Virus record (IMG/VR): IMGVR_UViG_3300045988_180190
Length of the DNA: 64,000 bases
Strand: one strand, 5' to 3'
Origin: a virus
Part shown: positions 57,001-64,000 of the stretch, piece after piece
How positions within the stretch are numbered: position 1 is the stretch's first letter
Layout: each line of letters begins with the position of its first letter
Notes under the pieces: model-generated
Seen by the model: only the letters and a program-made list of their open reading frames with translations
The model's database searches: none
What the model was told of the DNA's origin: nothing
Translations under genes and position numbers: made by a program

Positions 57001-57405
57001 CTAACTTCTAGCTATATCTTTAGAAAAATCGTCTAGATTAGATGTGAAATTAGGATCACCCGATCGCGAAATGGCATTGCGAAGAGCTTTAGCTTTTCCT
57101 CCCTGTCCTTGTGATTCAAGAATACTAACTTTCTTTCCCAAATCCGCGAGTGCATCACTCTTCTTGCCATAATCGCTTAAAATATTTTTAAATAGATCAT
57201 TATTATTGTCCAATAAGGTATCGTACTTACCAGACTCTCTGTCCTCCGAAGTTAAATTTGCCCCATAATTACTAGAGTCAAGAGTAGAATCCTTCTCATC
57301 CATATCCCCTCTGTCTGCTTGATTAAGCACAGATTCCGTAATCTGATTCTTAATCCAGTCTGGGCTCGCTGCGAATTTTTTAAAATTTAAAATTTTAAAT
57401 GACAT
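57001..57405 (-). CDS. hypothetical protein (134 aa)
   Basis: ATG at 57405-57403. Hydrophilic. Confidence 0.7.
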   Translation of the reverse strand: MSFKILNFKKFAASPDWIKNQITESVLNQADRGDMDEKDSTLDSSNYGANLTSEDRESGKYDTLLDNNNDLFKNILSDYGKKSDALADLGKKVSILESQGQGGKAKALRNAISRSGDPNFTSNLDDFSKDIARS

Positions 57406-57427
57406 AATAATTAGTAATTAATATTTT

Positions 57428-58483
57428 TTAGCCTGCAGCAGTTGTGCCATTATTGGGGGTTTGCATAGCTACCTGTGGAGCAGTTCCCCATTGCTGAATT
57501 CCCTTAGCAACCTCCTCATTAACCGGAGCACCTTGATATGCCTGATATACCTTATCAACATCCTTGGGAGTAAAGTTAAATGTGGAGGCTAAGGTGCCAT
57601 AATTATTCAGATTTTTTCCACGTATATTTCTAGCCATCAACTCATTATATGTTCTATTCATATTATTTTGATTTTGTAGATATGGCATCGCCTCAGCTCT
57701 TTGCTTTTGCATAAAATTATTATATGCCCAATTCTTTGGAATAATTACTCCCATACCACTCAAGAATTTTTGAATACCTACTTTTATTTGATTCCAGAAA
57801 TCTAAATTACGGAAATCTTGGTTTGCCTTATTTGTAAGTTGTTCAGAAGCCATAGCCTGAAAATTTCTAGATTGTGCCAAATTTTTCTGAACAGATTGCT
57901 GATAATTATTAGCATTATCTTGTAACGCCTTTGTGTAAGCGTTTACGTCATTAATATTCTTATTGTTTAATGTACCAGCGGCTAAATTATATCCTACAGA
58001 CTTATAAGCTTCGTTAGTATCTCCTAATGCGGATCCAGTTCTGTCAGCCTCATTTACTTGGTTCTGAAAATTACGTGCAGAATTCATAGACCTTCTACCC
58101 AATTCCTGCTGTAAAGATTGGCGAGAGTTAGTCTTGCCCCCAAACAGAGTAGTACCCTTTATGACACGATCAGCACGTGCCTTCCCCATTGAATTTTTAA
58201 ATCCATTTCCGCTTAACCATCCTATTCCTCCTTTTGCCGCGTCTACAGCCCAGGTAAGAGGACTATTCCACCCATAGTTTTCATTATAAACCTGGTTCAC
58301 AGCGTCTCCAATTCCTTGGGTTAAATCCTCTCTAGGGGTTAATGGCGCACTATTGTTTGCAAACTTTGCAAAATTAGACATATTCAGTCTGTTACTTATG
58401 CGCTGATGAGTTGTGGTAGAAGCAATCTTTAAGTGATCATTGTAATGCTTCGCAAATTTATTAAAATTTTGTATATTTAACAT
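57428..58483 (-). CDS. hypothetical Asn/Gln-rich protein (351 aa)
   Basis: ATG at 58483-58481, 2 nt after the beta-prime gene stop. Confidence 0.7.
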   Translation of the reverse strand: MLNIQNFNKFAKHYNDHLKIASTTTHQRISNRLNMSNFAKFANNSAPLTPREDLTQGIGDAVNQVYNENYGWNSPLTWAVDAAKGGIGWLSGNGFKNSMGKARADRVIKGTTLFGGKTNSRQSLQQELGRRSMNSARNFQNQVNEADRTGSALGDTNEAYKSVGYNLAAGTLNNKNINDVNAYTKALQDNANNYQQSVQKNLAQSRNFQAMASEQLTNKANQDFRNLDFWNQIKVGIQKFLSGMGVIIPKNWAYNNFMQKQRAEAMPYLQNQNNMNRTYNELMARNIRGKNLNNYGTLASTFNFTPKDVDKVYQAYQGAPVNEEVAKGIQQWGTAPQVAMQTPNNGTTAAG

Positions 58484-58485
58484 AA

Positions 58486-60762
58486 CTAAAATCTACCTGT
58501 TTTATCTACGTTTTCCGCAAAATCTGGCATAGACATTCTAACGAACGGGTCTATATTGTCTTTAATATTTGTCTTATAACCTCTTACCGCAGATTCTACA
58601 TAATTTTTAGCCTGGTAAGGAGCATTTGCTCTTTCCAAGAAATCTGTATTTCCCTTATTGGGAACCTCTCTAAGTCTAACATACACAGGAGAAAAACCTG
58701 GTTCATTATCCGAAACATAAAGCTCATCTGTAATACCCGTGCGCTTAATATGGTCCAGCATCTTATTTGTAAGTTTTGTTCCTATTGTGTAATGTAATAC
58801 TGGGGCTTGCAAGTATTTGCCTTTTAAATTAACATTTTTATCATTGAGCTTTACTTTTTTTGCATCTTTGTCCGGTACATAAGAAGCCTCTAAAGCATTA
58901 TAAGATACTATATCGCCAGGTAAGTAATCTCCTAATCCATCTGGATCGGTAATTTCTACCTTATCTACGATACCTCTAGCTAGGACTTCTAAATTTCTTT
59001 TATGCGCCGGTGCGTTACTATCGTCCAGTAGCTGTTTTCCCGTTTCCACGAAAACTCTCCTACCTTCCCCGAGTCCTCTTAGGCGTACAACGTCCTCTAA
59101 GTCTACTAAACCATCTGCTAGCTGGTCTCCCTGCTCGACTTCTTGACCTTCTTTAACTTCTATGTGAGAATCCGGGTCAGCATAATGCTCTATTCCATTA
59201 ACAACTATATAAGTTCCACCTTGAGGAGCTGGTGTTATTCTTTCCACTCTCCCATCTGATTCTGCTAGAGGGGCACGAGATTTATAGTGCTCTGGAGATT
59301 CAAAAAACTGGTTAATATAATTAAATCCCGAAAAGGTTCTCTTCTTTCCTTTGAATCCCCCAGCTTCGTGTTTTGAAGAATTATGTGACAAGAGACCATT
59401 TTTTAATACGAATAAATGTGTATCTCCACTAATTTCTATGTCAAAACAATGCTGCAATCCTACATAGCGAATCTGTGTAATCTTCGCAGGGTCACCCCTT
59501 ACGTCTAAACATAAATTTGAGTCAAATATTTCTTGCACTGGAAGGTCTTTTAATTCTCCGTATATTTTAAATCTATGTTGTCTAGTACAAACAACAGAAT
59601 ACTCTATATCATCAACAGAAAATATAACCTCATATACATTGCGAATATTCTGGTCTATAACAGAAATGATTTCCTCAGGAACTAGTGACTTACCATCTTT
59701 AGAGATACTTATTACCTTCTCCCCTGGTTTTAAATCCTTAATTTTTTTAAACTGCTGTGACCATAGCATAACTTCTGTATCTTGATGCAAGCATAGTCCG
59801 CCCTGAATAGCAGGCTCACTAACAGAAGTTGCCGCTGCAATTCCTGCATGGAACTCTCCAATTCTAGGCAATCTTTTATTGTAATCCAATCCAAAAGCTT
59901 CTGCAGAAATACCTTCGGGAGAAACTGTGGCAATTGGAGAATGCACTATCACAGTTTTTACACCTTTATTTTTAAGAGAATTTAGTACGTCACGATCAAC
60001 TATGGTTCCCTCAGCAAATCCTCCCGCCGGACGCGCAAGCACTCGTCCGTAAAGTGATGAGTCGTCTATGTCTAAGTCTATACCATTATTGGAAAGATCT
60101 TTTTTAGACGTAATCATCATATTTGCCACTGGGCGAAATAAACTTTTACCCCAACCTCCAAATTTAGCTGTACTTTTTTTGATAGCGATAGTTGAAGCTC
60201 TTGTACCATAAGTGCTAGCTAAATATTCTGGAATGGATAATCCTTCTCCAAAACTTTTCTTAACAAAGAAAGGAATCGTTCTACCCTTATAATCTGTATA
60301 GAGTGCTGGAGTTGTAATTAAAGCTTTTAACTGAAAGGGAGAACCTCTTGCTCCAGAGGATACAGAGTTATAAAGATTATTATGCTTTTCTTTAGCAGCA
60401 TTCAGTGTATCTTTCTCAAGCTTTGTAGCATAACGTTCGTATACCTCCATTATAGCTTTGTTCTTTTTGTTTTCATCTTTTATATTCCTCCTTAAAAACT
60501 GCACCTCTTTATGCATTTCTTCCAGTGCAGCTTCCTTATCAAATGGAGGTTTAAAATCCGAAAGTTTCAAAGTCTGTCCAGAGTAGTATACTGATTTACG
60601 AGCAATATCCATTAATTTATCCATTATATCCCTGTATCTGTCTGGATATTTTTCAGCAATAAGAGACTGCAACTCGTTTATTGACTTCGTGTCATATGTG
60701 CGAGTGTAGTCCCTTATATCCTCGGGTAAAACGGAATTAATTAAATATTGAATAGCTTTCAC
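58486..60762 (-). CDS. DNA-directed RNA polymerase beta-prime subunit, C-terminal half (phage multisubunit-RNAP type), interrupted by a mini-intein (758 aa precursor, about 620 aa spliced)
   Basis: Collinear with bacterial RpoC from SGARGS onward. Matching segments: SGARGSPFQLKAL; FGEGLSIPEYLASTYGTRAS (bridge-helix region); LYGRVLA; GEFHAGIAAATSVSEPAIQGGL[intein]SSKHEAGG (trigger loop, compare [28 protein letters not shown]); APLAESDGRV; VKEGQEVEQGDQLADG; KRNLEVLARG. The start codon is GTG (60762-60760). Confidence 0.85.
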   Translation of the reverse strand: MKAIQYLINSVLPEDIRDYTRTYDTKSINELQSLIAEKYPDRYRDIMDKLMDIARKSVYYSGQTLKLSDFKPPFDKEAALEEMHKEVQFLRRNIKDENKKNKAIMEVYERYATKLEKDTLNAAKEKHNNLYNSVSSGARGSPFQLKALITTPALYTDYKGRTIPFFVKKSFGEGLSIPEYLASTYGTRASTIAIKKSTAKFGGWGKSLFRPVANMMITSKKDLSNNGIDLDIDDSSLYGRVLARPAGGFAEGTIVDRDVLNSLKNKGVKTVIVHSPIATVSPEGISAEAFGLDYNKRLPRIGEFHAGIAAATSVSEPAIQGGLCLHQDTEVMLWSQQFKKIKDLKPGEKVISISKDGKSLVPEEIISVIDQNIRNVYEVIFSVDDIEYSVVCTRQHRFKIYGELKDLPVQEIFDSNLCLDVRGDPAKITQIRYVGLQHCFDIEISGDTHLFVLKNGLLSHNSSKHEAGGFKGKKRTFSGFNYINQFFESPEHYKSRAPLAESDGRVERITPAPQGGTYIVVNGIEHYADPDSHIEVKEGQEVEQGDQLADGLVDLEDVVRLRGLGEGRRVFVETGKQLLDDSNAPAHKRNLEVLARGIVDKVEITDPDGLGDYLPGDIVSYNALEASYVPDKDAKKVKLNDKNVNLKGKYLQAPVLHYTIGTKLTNKMLDHIKRTGITDELYVSDNEPGFSPVYVRLREVPNKGNTDFLERANAPYQAKNYVESAVRGYKTNIKDNIDPFVRMSMPDFAENVDKTGRF
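59380..59793 (-). mobile_element. mini-intein (138 aa, Hint domain only, no homing endonuclease) in the beta-prime trigger loop
   Basis: Cys1 (TGC, 59793-59791) in block A CLHQDTEV. Block B VCTRQHRF (TxxH). Block F CFDIEISGDTHLFVL. Block G NGLLSHN, with terminal His-Asn (Asn 59382-59380) followed by Ser+1 (59379-59377). Removing it restores the RpoC trigger-loop consensus. Confidence 0.85.
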
Positions 60763-60769
60763 TTTAAAC

Positions 60770-61375
60770 TTACACGTTTGGAGCTAGATCGATAGTGTTT
60801 CCATTAGTACTATCAATCGCCTTTGTGTTGTAATCTCCTATATTATTAATAGAATTTGACTGTATATCATAATTTGGTTCAGCATAATACCTTTGAGGAT
60901 CAGTATACTTGATCTTGTTGTCCCATACAACCTTCATTGGCTCATACTGATATGACACATTCACGGCATATCCTTCTGCAGAACCCGTAACGCATAAAGC
61001 ATATACAGCCGCACGCAAATGTTCTATTTTAAATAATGACCCTGGAGTTATGCTGATAGGCTCTCCTACCTGTATCCAAGTATTTACAGAAGACAATGAG
61101 CCTGATTCATTTGGCTGCTCTAGGGTCGCGAGCATATACAATGTAGCATTTAAACCAGTAGCATCGGATGAAGAATCATAGACCTCATTCTGCGCAGTTA
61201 GTGGATGAGTTACTAGACCATAAATTGTATTATCGTCTCCCGAAACGTTAACAGACATATCTATAAAATTTTCCGCCCCTAAAGCGTCGGTTGTTGATGC
61301 GTATACTGGAGAATAATAGGAAAACTCAGTAAATAATTTAGCAGTTGTTCTGCAGTAAGTGTTAGAACCTGGCAT
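60770..61375 (-). CDS. hypothetical protein (201 aa)
   Basis: ATG at 61375-61373. First gene after the terminator at 61439-61474. Looks beta-rich. Confidence 0.7.
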   Translation of the reverse strand: MPGSNTYCRTTAKLFTEFSYYSPVYASTTDALGAENFIDMSVNVSGDDNTIYGLVTHPLTAQNEVYDSSSDATGLNATLYMLATLEQPNESGSLSSVNTWIQVGEPISITPGSLFKIEHLRAAVYALCVTGSAEGYAVNVSYQYEPMKVVWDNKIKYTDPQRYYAEPNYDIQSNSINNIGDYNTKAIDSTNGNTIDLAPNV

Positions 61376-61438
61376 AATAAATAATTGGTTTAATGTTTAA
61401 TATTCATAACTATCTCAATATTCCCGTAAAAAAGCAAT

Positions 61439-61474
61439 AAAAAATATGGTAGTGAAATATATTTCACTACCATA
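61439..61474 (-). terminator. factor-independent terminator ending the secreted-protein cassette
   Basis: Perfect 30-nt palindrome TATGGTAGTGAAATA|TATTTCACTACCATA (61445-61474). On the minus strand it is followed by TTTTTTATTGCTTTTTT. Confidence 0.85.
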
Positions 61475-61498
61475 CCTAAGATTATTTATAAATATGTG

Positions 61499-62170
61499 CT
61501 ATTTAATAAGTTTTGCGTCAAGAATTCTTGCGGTTAAAGCCTTCTGCAGTGCTTGTATCTGCGTAAGAGCCTTAGCGTTTTTCTCTTGAAGCAATAGCAC
61601 GCCTTCTATCTTATTGCATATGGACTTAGCGTCACTCGGGTTTTCCAAAGCTAGCAAGTTACTTGCAAAGAATTTAAATACTTCACCATCTTTCCAATAC
61701 AAATCCGAAAAAGCTTCTGCAGGTGCTGTTAGGAAATAGGAAAAATCTTTCATTGCATATGCAATGTTCCCCTGCTGAGATATTTTCAGCTTATTTCCTT
61801 CTAGAATCCATCCGCCACTCTTTAAGTTGGCATAGAATGTTGGGTCTTGTGCGTCTTTTTCCCTAATAAATGTCTCGGGATGCAAGCAGCACAAAGTCCA
61901 GTCTGAACCCGTTAGCTTTAAGCCTGCACAATATGTGATGCAAAACATTTCACGTGAAGCATCATATACTTGTTTCTTTGCTTCATCCGAACTCTTGTAA
62001 GATTCCCAAGCAGCTTTTAGGTCGTCACCATTTGATTGGGTAAACTTAACTGTGTCTTCCCAACTTGTTGAGAATGCCGATTTAAACTCAGCCTTTAGTT
62101 CTTCTAATGATTTAGCATTTGCAGCTAAACAAACGAAGCAAGCGGTAATAGCTATAATAATTTTTTTCAT
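61499..62170 (-). CDS. secreted or lipoprotein-like protein (223 aa)
   Basis: N-terminus MKKIIIAITACFVCLAANAKS: a signal peptide with a possible lipobox ITAC, or an ANA-K cleavage site. Confidence 0.7.
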   Translation of the reverse strand: MKKIIIAITACFVCLAANAKSLEELKAEFKSAFSTSWEDTVKFTQSNGDDLKAAWESYKSSDEAKKQVYDASREMFCITYCAGLKLTGSDWTLCCLHPETFIREKDAQDPTFYANLKSGGWILEGNKLKISQQGNIAYAMKDFSYFLTAPAEAFSDLYWKDGEVFKFFASNLLALENPSDAKSICNKIEGVLLLQEKNAKALTQIQALQKALTARILDAKLIK

Positions 62171-62171
62171 G

Positions 62172-62456
62172 TTAGTTCCTATCTGTTATTAATGATTTAA
62201 TTTCTTCTAAAATATAAATTTTTTTAAAGCCTATAGCTTTATCATAATCCTGCCATTTGTACCAGATAAAAGTATTTGGGTACACATCAAATCGCTTCTT
62301 CCAAAACTCTAGTGGTAGCGATTGCTCGTACTTAAAAGTGAGCATATCATCTGCATAATCTATGAGATCGTTTAACTTATAAATATCATAATCAGGCGTT
62401 GAACCTAACAAGTATGCAAATGGCATACATAATATGCATAGTAATTTCTTTATCAT
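62172..62456 (-). CDS. small signal-peptide protein (94 aa)
   Basis: N-terminus MIKKLLCILCMPFAYLLGS. The ATG overlaps the upstream TGA (ATGA at 62453-62456). Confidence 0.65.
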   Translation of the reverse strand: MIKKLLCILCMPFAYLLGSTPDYDIYKLNDLIDYADDMLTFKYEQSLPLEFWKKRFDVYPNTFIWYKWQDYDKAIGFKKIYILEEIKSLITDRN

Positions 62457-63139
62457 AATTTAACCTTTGAATCTCCGTAGTATGTTGGAAGTATAGAAAT
62501 CCATCTCTTTACACCACTCGGTAGTAGCTCAGCTTTAGACATATTTTGTCTCCATACTATTATAGTGTTATTAGGATCTGTAAAGATTTCTCTTATATAA
62601 TCTCCTCTTTTTAATCTTCTTGTTGTAGAGTAGCGCCCAAAACCTGTGTAAACCGGGACATTAACAATGTCGGTAGCATCCACTGAAGGATAAAACCAAA
62701 CTCCTGTTGCAGTGTTGGAACCTAGAGAAGCTCCAATAGAACCGGTTGCGTAATTCGAAAATTGTACCCGTTGCCCAAAACACCTGTTGTAATCCCCGCT
62801 ACCTGAAGTAGAGAAATAGTATATTGTAGGACTTGAGTCTGTAATATTGGAGTGTCCATTTATATAGGTAGAGTATTGAAGTGAGAATGTTGCGGAGAAA
62901 TACAAAGTATTTCTATACTGGTCTATGACTTTAATCTCAAAATCCGAACAATATTTAGAGTCCGAATAAGGTGAAGGACTCATATCCACATATATGTAGA
63001 AATCCCTATATATTTTATTAACACTTGGTGACTTACCAGTTGTTGTATCATATACAAAGGGTTTAGTAGCCGAGTGCAGAGCTAGACTACAAAAGGCCAT
63101 TAAACCTAGAAAATATAATTTTTTAATACTTAAAAACAT
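62453..63139 (-). CDS. secreted beta-rich protein (228 aa)
   Basis: N-terminus MFLSIKKLYFLGLMAFCSLALHSATKP (signal peptide). Tyr/Ser/Thr-rich mature part. AGGAA RBS. Confidence 0.7.
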   Translation of the reverse strand: MFLSIKKLYFLGLMAFCSLALHSATKPFVYDTTTGKSPSVNKIYRDFYIYVDMSPSPYSDSKYCSDFEIKVIDQYRNTLYFSATFSLQYSTYINGHSNITDSSPTIYYFSTSGSGDYNRCFGQRVQFSNYATGSIGASLGSNTATGVWFYPSVDATDIVNVPVYTGFGRYSTTRRLKRGDYIREIFTDPNNTIIVWRQNMSKAELLPSGVKRWISILPTYYGDSKVKL

Positions 63140-63162
63140 AATAATTCCTATTATCTAAACAT

Positions 63163-63492
63163 TTATTGGGAATTAAGCTCATTCCATTCCTCCTCAGTCA
63201 GATAAGATGGGCTAATGCCCCCTTCATCCTGATTAAATACTAAATATACAAACTTGTCAGGAATCTCCTGATTGCCGTTAAATACTTTCATTTTAATGTA
63301 AGACAAAGCTCCTTCCAATGCTATAGCATTAGAAACAATCTTTATATTTGTTAGTGGAACACCATTAGCGTCTGTATCTATAGACAGTTCACCAGAAGAC
63401 TCTCCGGACGATTTTATATAACCGGAAGGATAAACAATCCTGTCATTTTGACAGGACGCTAAAGAAGTGGTATCTGTTCCAGAAGAAGACAT
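63163..63492 (-). CDS. small protein (109 aa) that duplicates the C-terminal domain of the 845-aa tail fibre
   Basis: KFVYLVFNQDEGGISPSYLTEEEWNELN aligns with QYMRLVFSQDSNGNVTPTYISEEEWNDVYD, the last approximately 65 aa of the 9008-11545 product. Confidence 0.7.
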   Translation of the reverse strand: MSSSGTDTTSLASCQNDRIVYPSGYIKSSGESSGELSIDTDANGVPLTNIKIVSNAIALEGALSYIKMKVFNGNQEIPDKFVYLVFNQDEGGISPSYLTEEEWNELNSQ

Positions 63493-63493
63493 A

Positions 63494-63997
63494 TCAATTC
63501 TTTATTAGACTAAAAAATTCTGATGCTATTGTTATTGTTCCACTTATACCGCCAAGTATACCTATTAAAAAAATCAATGCATTTTTAAAAAATGATTTTA
63601 ATATATCTCCCTTTTCTAATTCTGCCTTATGTTTTCTCGCAAAGCTTATCGACTCATTAATACCATCTTCTACGCTATGCCTCCAAGTTTTTAACTGAAT
63701 ACAAGTACCATTGGTCTTACGTACTTCTCTAGAAATATTTTTTAATCTAGGGAGCATCCAGTCCATCTTCTGGCGAATTAGGTCAAGAGTAGTTAGCACG
63801 TACCTGTCCTTGGCAGAAATATCTCCCATTTGTGCCATCATAGCCTCGGCCTCAGTACTTATGTCAAACTCCGGAACTCTTAATTCTTCAATAGAGGATA
63901 GTTTTAATGCAATTTGATCATCAGTCGCATATAACTCTTCTCTAAGGTTATCTGAGTCTGACTGTACTGAGTCATTTATTTCCACTGGACGGTTCAT
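63494..63997 (-). CDS. C-terminally membrane-anchored protein (167 aa)
   Basis: ATG at 63997-63995. Helical cytoplasmic part, then a single C-terminal TM helix ALIFLIGILGGISGTITIASEFF. Confidence 0.65.
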   Translation of the reverse strand: MNRPVEINDSVQSDSDNLREELYATDDQIALKLSSIEELRVPEFDISTEAEAMMAQMGDISAKDRYVLTTLDLIRQKMDWMLPRLKNISREVRKTNGTCIQLKTWRHSVEDGINESISFARKHKAELEKGDILKSFFKNALIFLIGILGGISGTITIASEFFSLIKN

Positions 63998-64000
63998 CTA

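Overview
The window is AT-rich (roughly one third GC, judged by eye), densely packed and almost entirely minus-strand coding. It reads as the late/structural region of a large contractile-tailed bacteriophage.

Gene order, from high to low coordinates:
- A secreted-protein cassette.
- The C-terminal half of an RNA polymerase beta-prime subunit, interrupted by a mini-intein.
- Large unrecognised probable head or internal proteins.
- A prohead-protease-like gene, scaffold-like genes, a decoration-like gene and an HK97-fold-like major capsid gene.
- Neck genes.
- An IS200/IS605 (IS608-like) tnpA/tnpB insertion.
- Sheath-like and tube-like genes, a gp5/VgrG-like spike and a tape-measure-like gene.
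- Two very large Cys-rich proteins.
- A sigma-70-family factor inside the baseplate block.
- gp25-like and baseplate J-position genes.
- Four modular tail-fibre genes and a 1021-aa unknown.
- An approximately 0.8 kb GC-rich two-gene island.
- A thymidylate kinase and small unknowns.

I found no tRNA, rRNA or CRISPR array, and standard-code ORFs are long, so no stop-codon reassignment is needed. Strong GGAG/AAGGAGG ribosome-binding sites and stem-loop plus T-run terminators suggest a host that uses Shine-Dalgarno pairing; this is inference.

The most interesting items:
1. The exactly delimitable IS element sits in the stop/start junction of two late genes. Its TnpB has lost all four zinc-ribbon cysteines.
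2. The intein-split trigger loop of a phage beta-prime fragment.
3. The GC-rich island.
4. The repeat-bearing Cys-rich giants.

All functional calls rest on motif recognition by eye, because no database search was run. Starts listed in the ORF track that proved to be GTG/TTG extensions overlapping the previous gene were moved to the first ATG abutting the upstream stop.
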